A DNA stretch of 64,000 nucleotides from Camelus dromedarius (GCF_036321535.1 NC_087436.1:73348001-73412000), one strand, 5' to 3'; positions 25,671-38,584 are shown, counted from the first letter of the stretch. A program made the numbers and translations. Notes: generated by a model from the sequence alone, not told the origin.

Positions 25671-26615
25671 GTAATAACTCTTAGGTTGCTTTTCCTTTTC
25701 CCCCATCGCTACCCGTCCACACCCTGGGCGTGGTTCGGGGCGAGGAGAACCGCAGCGGCGCGGAGACGTTCGGTGGTCCCTGGGGTAGGACCGCCGTCCA
25801 GCCGCATCCGCACTTGTGACAGGGCGGCCCCGCCCTCGGCCGGCGGCGGCCGGAGCCTCGAGAATGGGGCGGAGCTCGGCCAGGCCTCTTGTCTGCGAGC
25901 GGGTAGCCGCCTCTGCTGGGCGCTCAGGTGCTCTCCATCGCAGTGAACACCTTGCTTAGGTCCCGTTCCCCTTTACTTCCTGTTCATACCTTCAGAATAT
26001 ATATTAACAAGTACTACGTACCAATCACCAGCTACGCCGTGGGGACAAAAAAAAAAAAAAAAAAAAACACAGCCCCACCGTGGCTTCATGAACTAATAGA
26101 CTGGTAGGGGAGAAAGGTATTCATCAGAGAATCTCTGAAATAAATGTAGGATTACAGCCTTGAGGAGTGCTAGGAAGAAGTGTGTGTTCCTCAAGAGCTG
26201 GTACTAGAGGGGCTCTGACTTAATCTGGGTGTCAAGGAAGGTTTCCCTGGGGAAGCAGCACTTGAGCTGAAGGCTGAGGAGGAGCTAGTGTGACAAGGCC
26301 TTGTGGCAGAGAGAACGTCGTGCCTATAAAAGGCAGTGGAAAGGAAATGTATCAGCCTATAAAACTGAAATCAGGCGCCTCAGTGCATAGCTAATATGAC
26401 TTGCCCTATTAAAGAGCCAAACCCAGAGAAAATTTTATGAGCAAAGGTGCAGGTGTTGGAAGAAAATTTTTGCCTTTGGCTTTGTAACATGATTTCATGT
26501 TACCTAAAACGTACTGGAACATACTGGGAAAGGTAAATACGGTCCCCCTAGCTTTGAAGTTACTAACTCTTGCCCTCTTAATTTTCTTTCAGTTCTGTTA
26601 TGAGTTGCTAAAATC

Positions 26616-26695
26616 ATGGTGAAATGTTGCTCGGCCATTGGATGTGCTTCTCGCTGTTTACCAAATTCCAAGTTAAAAGGACTGACATTTCACGT
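26616..26695 (+). CDS. THAP6: THAP6 first coding exon (MVKCCSAIGCASRCLPNSKLKGLTFHV)
   Basis: ATCATGG Kozak context; donor GT|gtaaga; exon begins at 26593. Confidence 0.96.
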
Positions 26696-29600
26696 GTAAG
26701 ATTTTGCTGAAGTTAAACCAAGTACTTTTGAATGTTAGAAAAAGCAAAAAGACAGTTCTCTTTAAATTTTCAAGTTTGAACTTTTGTTCCCAAGTTCTTT
26801 TTAAATAACCTTTTTAGTTGAATTGGAAGTGGCAGTGATACTTTTACCCGTTTACAATTTAGTTTGGGAACTTAAGATACTTGACAAGGTATCACCAGCT
26901 GATTAACAAAAATATCAAACTCATTTTTGCAAATATTGTTACTTTACATCTTAACATACCTTCAAAGAAATTCAGTGTTGTTTACATGTAGTTTACAATC
27001 TGAATGATCTTTGCCCAAATATATTCTATCCTTTCTATTTAGAAATAGATGAAGCTTATGTTGTAGAGAAAGAAAATGTAAGTTACAAATTCAGTCCAAG
27101 GGTTCTTTAGGTGTATTTCAGAGAAATCAAGATGGTCCTAATTTGGTATTTTAGCCATTCTTCTGGCATAGGAAAGAAGGAGCAATAAGATTTAATAATT
27201 ACTCATTTGCTAAAGGTTCATTTTGCTGCTTTTGTACCACGGACTGTGCTGTGTGCTAGAGAAAGATCTGCTAACTACTTTGCTAGGTTAAGAGAAAATC
27301 AAAAATGAGTATGTGTACCCTACCTTATTCCAAAAAGGATTTGAACCAGCATGGAAAATCGGAAAAGATACGGTTATTGGCCTCCAGATCTCAAAAGGAC
27401 TAGTGCTGATCTCCAGAACTCCGAACTCTGCAGGTGTTCTCTGCATTCATTCACTAAGCATTTATAGACCCGTTTTCTATAAAATGCTGTACTAAGCAAT
27501 TTTTTTGATGCTTTCAGAGGAATGAAAGAACAAGTGTCTCTGAGATAAATTCCTCAGATAGGAAAAGGCTCAAGTGATATTCTTTATCACCAAGAAAAAC
27601 CTTCAATTGTGGATCTTACTATAAAGTGTTAAATATTCTTTGAAACGTTTCTCTTTTATGACATGAGTATAATTTAAACAAGGGCCATCTGCCTGCAGCA
27701 TGTTTGGTACAAAGATCTGACTGTTAAAACTGAAAGTTATGACAGCATGAATCATGATGGTTTCCTAAATATTCTAGTTCCTGAAAATAGTAACAAACTA
27801 GTTAAAGAATCAATGTAATCACAGCCTTAATTCAAGTGTATATCAATAGTGTTTAATTCTAAAATATTTTGTGTATTTTTTCTAGATTCCCAACAGATGA
27901 AAAGGTCAAAAGAAAATGGGTATTAGCAATGAAAAGACTTGATGTGAATGCTGCAGGCATTTGGGAGCCTAAAAAAGGAGATGTGTTGTGTTCAAGGCAC
28001 TTTAAGAAGACAGATTTTGACCGAAGTGCTCCAAATATTAAACTGAAACCTGGAGTCATACCTTCTATCTTTGATTCCCCATCTCACTTACAGGTTTGTG
28101 ATGAGATGCTACTTACCATCATTACTTTTTTTGTTTGTTTGTTTTCATATTCTTTTTCATCATAGGTTAATATAAGATTTTGAATATAGTTTCCTGTTCT
28201 ATACAGTATAAACTTGTTTATTACTTTTTATGATACTATTTAAGAACCTTCATACTTGCTAACATTTTTATTGTTTGCTTATTAATTTGAAGTCCATTCT
28301 TCAAGTTTTTAGATGTATAAACTGCTGTTTCAGCTTTTGCAAAAAATAATAGGAGTATTTTGCCAGTAGCCACTCAGAAACAGCTGTACATTACTAAGGT
28401 TTGGTGAAGGGGACTGACCTTAGGAATTGATACAGCTCGAGATTTGTGTCAGAAAATGGAGGAACATAAGAGGGTTGAACTGAAGTTCCAAGTTGGCAGT
28501 CCTCTTCACACTAGAGCAGAAGTCTAGAGCAGAGCCTCTAACAGGCCCAAAATAGACTTTTAGAGCCACATACATTCAAGCTTAACGCCTAGGTAGGACT
28601 AAAAGAAAAAAAATCAAAAGAAATAAGGACAGGAGAAGGAAAAGAGAGAAAAGATCAGAAAAAGAAAAGAGAAGGATTAAGTAAACTCTAGTGAATTCTC
28701 TGTTTTTTCTCAGTGATATTAGTGCCAAGAGTGGGCTGCCTCACCCTCAATATCTCTCTTGACTATGTACCTGAAAGTGTATTTGCTTCCAGACTGATTC
28801 CAATGTGGACATTTCAGGGAGAGCCTGTGAGTTCCCACAACAATAGCAATGAACCTCCATTGAAAAGTATCTCCCTCCTGACAGCTGGAAACAAGGGAGT
28901 AGTCCAGAAGTGTGCCTACTCCCTCGAAGTCTTGCTCACTCTCCGCAGCTGTTCATATTGCAACACGTGCGTTATCAAGTAGAGACTGCTTCACTGTTTT
29001 CCATATTAGTAAATGTACAGTATCCTGTACAATTTGCTCTACGGAGTTTCTTTCCTGTAGCAAGGTGTCATCTATAATATTAAGAGGACCTTAAGAAGTA
29101 TGAACATAATAAGTGAAATAAACCATAAATTACTTTCAAGAACTCTTTCCTAATAACAAAGATATTTTTCATTATAGGAAATTAGATGGATACAATCAAA
29201 AAAGAAAAATTAACAATAATCACATAATCCAGAGATAATACTCTGATGTGTCTCTTTCCAGTCATTTGTTTGTGTATGTTTGTATGTAAAGTCATCTGTA
29301 TTATATATTCTTACAAAAATAATTATATTGTATGTCCTTTTTTGTATGTTTCTTTCTTTTTTTAGCATTCATATAGTGCTTACTGTGTGCCAGACACTAT
29401 TCTAAGCACTTTACATATGTATTAACTCATTTAGTCATCACAACAACATAAGAAATAAATACTATTATTATTCTTATTGACTACTTGAGGAAACTTAGGC
29501 ACAGAAAGTTGGAATTCCTTCCCCAGGTCACACTGCTGTTAAAAGGCAGAGGCTGGATTTGAACCCAGGCATTATGGCTCCAAAGTTCACTCTTAACTAC

Positions 29601-32600
29601 TATTTTCCATGATGTGAAATATTGTTTCACAACAGTGGCTTCAAACTTTAGTCTACATAAGCATTTTCCAGGGAACTTGTTTAAAATGCAGACTCCTGTG
29701 CCTCTCTCCCAAAGAATTTGATTCAGTAAGTTTGGTTTGGAGTCTAGGAATCTGCACTTTTTAACAAGCACTTCACAGGATTGTGTTACAGCTTTATGGA
29801 TCACATTTTTAAGAGAAACTTACATAGAACATAATTTTTTTAACTAAACTTTATATTGAAATATAACGTGTATGTGGAAAAGTGCACACATCCTAAGTGT
29901 ATAGACCAGTGAATTTTCACGAAGTGAATACACTCATGTAACTCCCCTCAGACCAAGATACAGAATATTACCAGTGCCCCAGAAGCTTCCCTCATGCTCC
30001 TTCCCAGTCACTACAGCCCCAAAGGTAACCACTGGCTTCTACCCAATCAGTTATAGAAATGGAGTCATGGAGTAGGTACTCTGTACTCTGGCTTCTTTAG
30101 CTCAACATTTTGTCCATGTGATTCATCCACACTGTAACATGTGATACTAGTCCATTAATTATCTTTGTGCTATAATATTCCATTGTATAAACAAGATATA
30201 ATTTCTCCATTCTCCTGTTGATGAATATTTGGATTGTTTCATTTTGGGGTTATTATGAATGGTGCAACTACGAACATTTTTGTCCATGTTTTAACGCACT
30301 TATGTACACATTTCTACAGAGTATGTGTATATTTCTGTTAGAAGTAGAATTGCTTGGTCCTAGGGTTCAGCCTGAGTAGATATTGCCATAGTTTTCCAAA
30401 GTGGCTTTGCCAATTTATAGTCCCACCATCAGCTTATAAAAGTTCCTCTACTTCTGAATCCTTGCTAGTACTTGGTGGTGTCATCTTTGCAGAGCATTTT
30501 TAATGACCATATAGCAGTTGATCATATGTATGAACAACAGTTTATTGTAATCAGTCCCCTCTATTGTATATAGGTTGTCATCTTTCACTATTTTAAACAG
30601 CATTATGATGAACATTATTGTAGTTGAATCTATGTAGATAGCCTTACTTCCTCAAACTGAATTCCTGGAAATAAATTTTGTTGAGTCAAAAATTATACAC
30701 ACTTTTAAGGATTTTGCTTTTGATACAGACCTCCCAAAGGCCCACAGTAATGCTTTAAAGTATCTGTCCACCCTAATCCTTAGTATAAGTTGTGTTTTTA
30801 ACCTTTGCTAGAATTGATAGGCAAAAATGGCATCTTATTGTTTTAATTTATCTTTAAATGTTAGTGAGTTTCTACATTTTTTCATGTGTTTAGTAGACAT
30901 TTGTATTTCTTCTTTTGTGAATTACTTATTCAGGTCCTCTTCTGTTTTCATCTTTTTCTAAGCTGTTTTGTAACAACACTAGATACTAAGGATTTGAATC
31001 ATTTAACTGCCATCTATGTTGCAGTTATTTTTTCTTATTTTTAGTTCTAATTATGGGGTTGGTTTGTTTTGTTTTTTGAAATTCAGACTTTTTAAAAGTA
31101 GTTCTATGTTTTCTCTTGTGCTGTCTAACTTTAGCCTTCCCCACCTTAAGATTATATAAATATTTCCCATATATTTTTCTGGTTCCTCATGGTTTTCATT
31201 CTTACATACCTTTTCAGTACATAGAATTTCATTGTGGTTTATTATGTATAAAGGATATAACTGTTTTTCTTAATTAGTTCATTTTTTCATGATTTATAGC
31301 CTTTCTCCACTTACTTAGAATTCCATTTTTTATCCTAAAGGCTTTTCTCCACTTGATCTATTCAGATTTTTCCAAAAGAGTAGTATACTATTTTAACTAT
31401 TATATAAGGACAATTATATAAGGACAAAAGTATCTACAATGATTGTTATTAACTATTCTTAACAGGGGAAAAAAGAAAAGCTTCATTGTAGGAAAAACTT
31501 CACCCTCAAAACCCTTCCAGTCACAAACCACAATCACCAGCTTGTTGGTGCTTCCTCAGGTACTGAAGAATTCCAGTCCCAGTTCACTTTTGTAAGTAAA
31601 ATTACTTACTGGGCTAGTGTTGATATTTTTAAGATGAACATGTCCTCTCCATTAGGATTAAGCTTTTCATAATCATATTGAACAACGAGGAGATGAGGGT
31701 TTTTTTAAATACGTAATATTATAAAATAATATTGCTTCCCAGGGCCATTATATTTTTATATATTTGCAATAATGATACACAGGTAGTTAATCTTTTCTTA
31801 TATATTTAGTTCAAAGAGTACTTTCACCAGGATATTTCAACCAATAAAATGCAGTAATTAATTCCTCCCTTTAGATGTCATACTTTCTATATAAAAATAT
31901 GTAATTTAAAAAATAGTTGTCTTTAGGTTTTCTTGAAGAATAATCATACACATTATAGAGTATTGAAGCTTGCATATATTTCATTCATCTCATTGCCTGT
32001 TCATGTGAGAACCAGACCTGAAATCCAAATCTATTTTACTATCTTGGTTACTGTAACTTTATAATAATTCTTGAAATCAGGCAATGTTACTCATTCAACT
32101 TTATTCTTTTTCAAAGGTGCTTTGGATATTATAGGTCCTTTGCATTTTTATATGAATTTTAGAATCACCTTGTAAATGTTTACAAAAATCGTGCTATAGT
32201 TTTGGCTGGGATTGTGTTCAATCTACAGATCCATTTGGGAAGAACTGACATCTTAGTAAGACTATTTTTATGTCTTTCAACCCATAAACTTATTATATCT
32301 CTTCAATTATTTACACCTTCTCAACAGTGTTTTGTAGTTTTCAGTGCACAGGTCTTTCACTTCTTTTGTCAGATTTATCCCTAAGTATTTTGTATATTTG
32401 GATGCTATTTTAAATGGTATTGTTTTATTTACTGTTAGTATATAGAAATAAATTGACTTTTCTTTATCGATCTTGTATCTGTCAAACTTGCTAAACTCAC
32501 ATTAATTATCAAAGCTTTTTTGTTGAGGTTATCCGATTTTCTACATAGACAATTATGTTGTCTGTCATTAGAAACAGTTCAAATTCTTCCTTTCTAATAT

Positions 32601-35600
32601 GAATGCCTTTCTTTCATTTCTTTGTCTTGCTTTATTGCACTACCTTGAACTTCCAAGGCTGTGCAGAATAGAAGTACTGAGAACTGATCTTTATGTCTTG
32701 GACCTGATATTAGGAGGAAGGCATCAGCTTTTCACCATTAAAGACATTAATATAATATTAAATATGATGTTAACTGTAGGTTTTTCATAAATACCCTTAA
32801 TCAGATTTAGCAAGTGCCTTTCTCCTTTTTCTTCCAGTTTTATTGAGATATAATTGACTTTAAAGAACTGTATAAGTTTAAGGTGTACAGTAATGATTTG
32901 ATTTACATACATCATGAAATGATCATCACAATAAGTTTAGTGAACATCCATCATCTCATATAAAACAAAGTTAAAGAAACAGGAGAAACAAACTTTTTTC
33001 TTATGATAAGAACTCTTAGAATTTACTCTTAGCAACTTTCATATATAATATACAGCAGTGTTAATTATATTTATCATGTTGTACATTATATCCCTAGTAC
33101 TTATTTCTCTTATAACTGGAAGTTTATACTTTTTGACTGCCTTCATCCAGTTCTCCCTCCCCTCATCCCTTGCCTCTGATAACCACAATCTGAACTTTTT
33201 TTCTACGAGTTTCTTTGGTTTTTTTTGAACTGTTATTCACCTGTAACACTATGTTAGTTCCTGTTACACAACATAGTGATTCTATATTTTTATATATTTC
33301 AAACTGATCACCACAATAAGTCTAGTTATGATATATCACCATACAAAGACATTACATAGCTATTGACTATTTTCCCCACATTGTACATTTCATACGCATG
33401 ATTTGTTTATTTTATAACTGGAAGTTTGTAACTCTTACTCCTTCACCTGTTTCTTTCCTCGTCCTCCCCTCTGGCAACCACCTGTTTGTTCTCTGTATCT
33501 ATAATTCTCTTTCTGCTTTATGTTTTTTCTTTTTTTTTTCTAGATTCCACATATAAGTGAAGTCATACAGTGTTTGTCTTCCTCTGTCTGACTTATCTCA
33601 CTTAACATAATACCCTCTAGGTCTATCCATGTCATCACCGGGGAGGTGACTTTCTATTCCTAGTTTGCTGAGAATTTTTATCAGAAAGGAATATCAGTTT
33701 TGTCAAATGCTTTTTCTGTACCTGTTGAGAGATCATAAGGTTTCTATTTTTTAGTTTGTTAATGTGATTAGTTGCATCAATTGATTTTTTTAATATTAAA
33801 CCAGCCTTGCATACTGGAATAAATTCTTCATGATATTATCCCTTATATGTATTGTTGGATTAGATTTAATTTTTTGTTTAGAATTTTTTCTTGTATGTGG
33901 ACATTGGTCTGGAGTTTTCTTTCCTTGGAATGTCTTTGCCTGGTTTCAATATTAGAATAATGCTAATAACATCGGCATTCAAAGAACAAGTTAGAAAGTA
34001 CTGCGTTCTTTTTCAGTTTTCTGGAATATATTGTATAGAGTTGCAATTATTTTTTCTATAAATATTTGGTAAACTTCCCCAGTAAAGTTATCTGCGACTG
34101 TAATTTTCTTTGTGGGAAGGTTTTTTTTTTTTTAACATTTTTTATTGATTTATAATCATTTTACAATGTGTCAAATTCCAGTGTTCAGCACAATTTTTCA
34201 GTCATTCATGGACATATACACACTCATTGTCACAATTTTTTTCTCTGTGAGTTATCATAACATTTTGTGTATATTTCCCTGTGCTATACAGTGTAATCTT
34301 GTTTATCTATTCTACAATTTTGAAAGGAAGGGAAGGTTTTTTTGGTAGCTTATATCTTCGAAGGGATTTGTCCATTTTATTTCAGTTGTCAAGTTTATTA
34401 GCTTAAAATTGTTCAAAACATTTTCTTATTATCCTTTCAATATATACAGAATCTGTAGTGATACCATCTCTTTCATTTCTGATATCAGTAATTTGTTTCT
34501 TTCTCTTCTATTGGTGATCAGTCTGCCTAGAGATTTATCAGTTTTATGATCTTGTCTAGAACTAGGTTTCATTGACTTTCTCATTTTTCTTTTTTGTTAT
34601 TTTTGCTTTCTGCTTCACTGATTTCTACTCATCTTTATTCTTTCCTTCTACTTATTTCAATAAAATTTGCTCATATTTCTGGTTTCTTAAGATGGAAGCT
34701 GACGTCATTGAATTGAAGCCTCTTCCTTTCTGACGTTTGCCATTTAGTGATACTAATTTCTCCCTGTGCTTTAATTCCACAAATTAGATATGTTTTCATT
34801 TTCATTTGGTTCAAAATACTTCCAGATCCCATTTTGATTTGTTATTTGACCCTTGGGTTATTTAGAAGTGTGCTATATAGTTTCCAAATATTGGGGCATT
34901 TCCCAGATATCTTTCTATTATTAATTTCCAACTTAATTCTGTTGTGATCAGCACGAATACACATTGTGTGGCTTGAATGCTTTTAAATTTCTTAAGACTT
35001 ATAGCTTAGAATATAGTTTATCTTGGCAGATGTTCTGCATGCATTTGCAAAAAATGTATATTCCGCTGATGTTAGCTGGAATGTTCAGTTAGGTCAAATG
35101 GTTTGATGATGTTCAAGTCTTCATTCTTAATGAGTTTCTGTCTACTTGTTCTGTTGTTGAGAGAGAGAGGTGTTTATTCCTCTAGTATACTTCTGGATTT
35201 GTTTCATTCTCCTTGCAGTTGTCAGTTTTTGCTTGTTACATTTTGCAGCACTGTTATTAGATGCTAAATATTTAGTATTCTAATGTCTTGATAAAATTAA
35301 CCCCTTTATTATAAAGAAATGGCCCTTTTTATCCTTGGTAATATTCTTTTCTCTGAAATCTACTTTGTCTGATAGTAATATACCCACTCTAGCTCTCTGT
35401 TTATTAGTTATTGTAGTATATATCTTTTACCACTCTTATTTTCAACCTATTTGTCTTTTTATCTTTAAAGTGCAAAAATAATACCAATGTGGTATGGGGT
35501 TCATAGCATATGTAAAAGTGAAATAAATATATAACAGCATAGCAAAAACGTTGAAGAGGAGAAATGAAAGTGTACTATGGGAAGATTCTTATACTCTGTG

Positions 35601-38584
35601 TTAAGTGGAATAATATCACTTACCACATAGCTTGTGGTAAGTTAAAGACGGATGCTATAGACCCAAAAGCAACTATTAAATAGCTATTAACTGTTAAACT
35701 GTTAACTATTTAACTATTATATACACAAAGCTGTGGCTAATGAGTGAGAAAAAGGAGATAAATGGAATCATAAAAAAAAAATTCAGTTAATCCAAAAGGA
35801 AGCAGAAAAAGAATAAAATGAGAACAAAGAACAAATGGCACAAATAGGAAACAAGTAAGGTGGCAGGTTTAAACCAAACCATATCACATTAAGTAATGTG
35901 ACATAAAGTAATATAAAGAAATGTGATAATAATCACATTAAGTGTAAAGGGTCTAAATAACCCAATTAAAATGCAGAAATTATCAGATTATATTAAAAAG
36001 AAATCAAGACCCAAAAGTACATGCTTCCTATAAAAAACACACTTTAAAGATAAAAAGACAAATAGGTCTACTTTAATTCCTTACAGTGCAGCTGTACTGG
36101 TGATAAATTCTTTTAGCCTTTAAATGTCTGAAAAGTCATTATTTTGTCTTCCTTTTTAAAAAATATTTTCACTAGGTATCAGATTCTAGATTGACAGTGT
36201 TGGGGTTTGATTGTTTTTAGATTTTTTAAGATGCTGCTCCACTACATTCTCACACATATTGTTTCTAATCAAAATCTACTATCATGCTTATCTTTATCCT
36301 CTGTACCTAACAGTTCTTTTTTTTTCTTTTTGCTTTTAATAATTTTTCTTTTCTAGTTGTTTTGAAGAATTTGATTTTGGTGTGTCCCACTTTAGTTTTC
36401 TTCATGTTTCTTGTGCTTAGGATTTGCTGAGCTTGTTTATCTGTGGGTTTATAGTTTTCATAAAACTTGGAAAATTTTTGGCCATGATTTGTTCAAATAT
36501 TTCTTTCTGCCTCAACTTTTCTTCCTTCCCCTTTGGGGAGTCTAGTTACATGTGTACTAGGCTGTCTGAAGTTGTCACCTCCCACTGATGCTCTATTAAT
36601 TATTCTGTTTTTTTTTTAATACTCCCTTTTCTCTCTGTAGTCGTGTCTGGATAGTTCCTGTTGCTATATCTTCCCCTTCACTAATCTTTTTTTCTGAAAT
36701 GTCTAATCTGCCGTTAAGTCTCTACAAAATATTTTTCACCTCACACATTGTAATTTTAGTCTCTAGATGTCCTACTTTATTCTTTTTTATGTCTTTCATG
36801 TCTCTACTTAACTTTTTAACATATATAATGCAGTTTTAATAACTTTCTTAATTCCCTTGTTTGCTATTTCTAATATTTCCTAGTTCTGGATTGGTTTCTA
36901 TTGATTGGTTTATCTCTTATTAAGGCTCATTTTTTCCTGCTGCTTTGCATGCCTGATAAATTCTGTGTGCCACACACTGTGGATTTTACTTTGCTGGATA
37001 TTTTTGTATCCTGTATTCTTGAGCTTTGTTCTGGGGTAGTTAAGTTATTTGGAGGCAGTTTGATCCTTTCAGGTTTTGCTTTGTTAGGCAGACTAGAACA
37101 GTGCTCAGCCTTGGACTATTTGTTCTCCACTCCTGAGGCAAGATCCTTTTGTATACTCCACTCAGTGCCCCATGATTCTGGTCTGGCTGGTGGGAGAGGT
37201 GTCTGTTCCCTGTGAGCTCAGGGCACTCCTGATCTTTTCTGGTCACTCTCCCTCAGCCTTGAGCAGTTTCCTACACACATGCTCTGATCTGACTCAGAGG
37301 AATACTTGAAGGGGAGCCTCTGAAGAGCTCCAGGGTTCTCTCTCTGTGCAGCTCTTTACTTTCTAGTACTTTGTCCCGTGAACTGTAGCCACCTTGGTCT
37401 CCCTGGGTGCTTTGCACTTTCTCGTTGACTCAGTTTACAAAGTTCTGCCTGGGTTTCCTCTCCTTGCACTGAGGCCTGGAACTCTATCAGGGCAGTAAGC
37501 TGGGCGATCATAGGGCTCATCTCTTTGTTTCTCATCTCTCTGTGATCTCTGCTTTCCTAGTCTGATGTCCATTATCTTCAAAACTTATTTTTATGTCTTT
37601 TGACCATGTGTTGGTTTTTTTTTAGGTAAGAGTCAATCCAGTCTCTGTTATTTCATCTTGGCTGGAAGCAAAGTTCTCTTAACTAATTTTAATGTTTAGT
37701 AACAGGTTTTCAAAATTATTCTATGGTACATTTATAAGATATGTCAGTGTTGTCTTCCTTAATTTCGAATGAATATATATATATATATATATTCATATAT
37801 ATATATGGGTAAACATAACCATAAAAAGTATTGAAAGCTTGTTATCTCTTTAAAACTCCCAAGACTAGAGGCCCATCTAAATCCCCTAACACCCAGCCTG
37901 AGGACCTGCTTCAGTGTCCCTTTCCTTTCATTCCTATAGAAAGTGAAATATTTATCAAAATAAAGCAATTCAGTTAGAAGTCTTAAAATAAGTTTGTTTG
38001 ACAGGTAATACTTAAGCTCAGCAGCCTTACACTTAGGGACTGAAAGCTGTGTAGTCATTGCAAGGGCCATGGTGTTCATAAGCAGATACCTACCTGCAGA
38101 TGAGACAGGATTCCCATCCACAGGATTCTGCCCTTCTCATGTGGGCCTGGCGTGAGGCACCTGGAATACTGCTTCTACCCACTCCTCTTCCTTTGTTCTT
38201 TAAACCCTAGTATCACCAACTTTTAAAGATCTTCTCTAAGCATAGTAAGTGGAGAAACTGTGGAGGCCTACTTATAATCTTTTATCTACTTGTGTGTTTG
38301 GTTTAATAACTTGATGTTTATGTTTTCAGGAACATAGTTACAGTGTAATGGACAGTCCAAAGAAACTTAAGCATAAATTAGATCATGTGATCAGCGAGCT
38401 AGAGGATACCAAGAAAAGTCTGCAGAATGTTTTAGACCGAGAAAAACGCTTCCAAAAATCATTGAGGAAGACAATCAGGGAATTAAAGGATGAGTGTCTC
38501 ATCAGCCAAGAAACAGCAAATAGACTGGAAGCTTTCTGTTGGGAGTGTTGTCAGGAAAACATAGAACAAGACTGTATTTCATGA
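26616..38584 (+). CDS. THAP6: THAP domain-containing protein 6, spliced CDS, 4 coding exons, 222 aa
   Basis: join(26616..26695,27886..28093,31466..31591,38330..38584) = 669 nt, GT-AG introns. MVKCCSAIGC...FHVFP...RKW...LCSRHF...LKPGVIPSIF is a C2CH THAP zinc finger with an AVPTIF-like box. It is followed by the EHSY HCF-1-binding motif and a coiled coil. Confidence 0.98.
27886..28093 (+). CDS. THAP6: THAP6 coding exon 2 (FPTDEKVKRKW...SPSHLQ)
   Basis: Acceptor tttctag|A, donor CAG|gtttgt; 208 nt. Confidence 0.97.
29360..29605 (-). mobile_element. MIR SINE
   Basis: gtgcttactgtgtgccagacactattctaagcacttt...gaggaaacttaggcacaga...ggatttgaacccagg. Confidence 0.75.
29632..29815. mobile_element. 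MER5-type hAT MITE
   Basis: cagtggcttcaaactt start; gattcagtaagtttgg...aggaatctgcactttttaacaagcac core. Confidence 0.7.
29835..31350 (-). mobile_element. Old L1M 3' fragments in THAP6 intron
   Basis: ttatattgaaatataac...aaagtgcacacatcctaagtgta terminus; ttttccaaagtggc...cccacca motif. Confidence 0.7.
31466..31591 (+). CDS. THAP6: THAP6 coding exon 3 (GKKEKLHCRKNFTLKTLPVTNHNHQLVGASSGTEEFQSQFTF)
   Basis: Acceptor taacag|GGG, donor TTT|gtaagt; 126 nt. Confidence 0.95.
32030..37670 (-). mobile_element. Long old L1M (5' UTR to ORF2) with nested younger L1 fragments and an internal inversion
   Basis: T-rich antisense L1 sequence ending gccatcttgg-like (tcatcttggctggaag) at about 37655-37670. Nested L1 3' ends at about 32830-33638 and 34121-34325; an opposite-orientation block at 35473-36067. 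Confidence 0.8.
34121..34325 (-). mobile_element. Short young L1 3'-end insertion with TSD
   Basis: Reverse-complement similarity to 2750-2970 (the ORF-track peptides at 34145 and 2623/2913 are homologous); poly-T; flanked by gggaaggtttt on both sides. Confidence 0.85.
37771..37806. repeat. (AT)n microsatellite
   Basis: Interrupted atatat run. Confidence 0.85.
38330..38584 (+). CDS. THAP6: THAP6 last coding exon (EHSYSVMDSPKKLKHK...EQDCIS*)
   Basis: Acceptor tttcag|GAA; continues into ORF 38348..38584; TGA stop. Confidence 0.97.
   Translation, partial: EHSYSVMDSPKKLKHKLDHVISELEDTKKSLQNVLDREKRFQKSLRKTIRELKDECLISQETANRLEAFCWECCQENIEQDCIS

Larger units (their letters stand above)
25190..25960. 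promoter_or_regulatory. CpG-island bidirectional promoter shared by RCHY1 and THAP6
   Basis: The only CpG-dense tract in the window, lying between divergent genes. ETS/GABPA CCGGAA cores at 25543-25548, 25589-25594 (reverse) and 25611-25617; YY1 AAGATGGCGG at 25551-25560; E-box TCACGTGA at 25565-25572; GC box GGGGCGGAG near 25866. Confidence 0.9.

Noticed and set aside
25671..25946. Unspliced continuation of the 130-aa plus-strand ORF in the CpG island
   Set aside because: Arg/Gly/Pro/Ala-rich composition typical of translated GC-rich non-coding DNA; no recognisable homology.
28690..29100. Unique-looking stretch in a THAP6 intron with short ORFs on both strands (possible pseudogene or extra exon)
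   Set aside because: Hand translation matched nothing I recognise and the THAP6 CDS is complete without it; a BLASTX/Dfam search would be needed.
26616..38584. THAP6 as an active P-element-like transposase system together with the nearby Charlie element
   Set aside because: THAP6 has only the THAP DNA-binding domain, HCF-1 motif and coiled coil, with no catalytic domain; Charlie is an unrelated hAT fossil.
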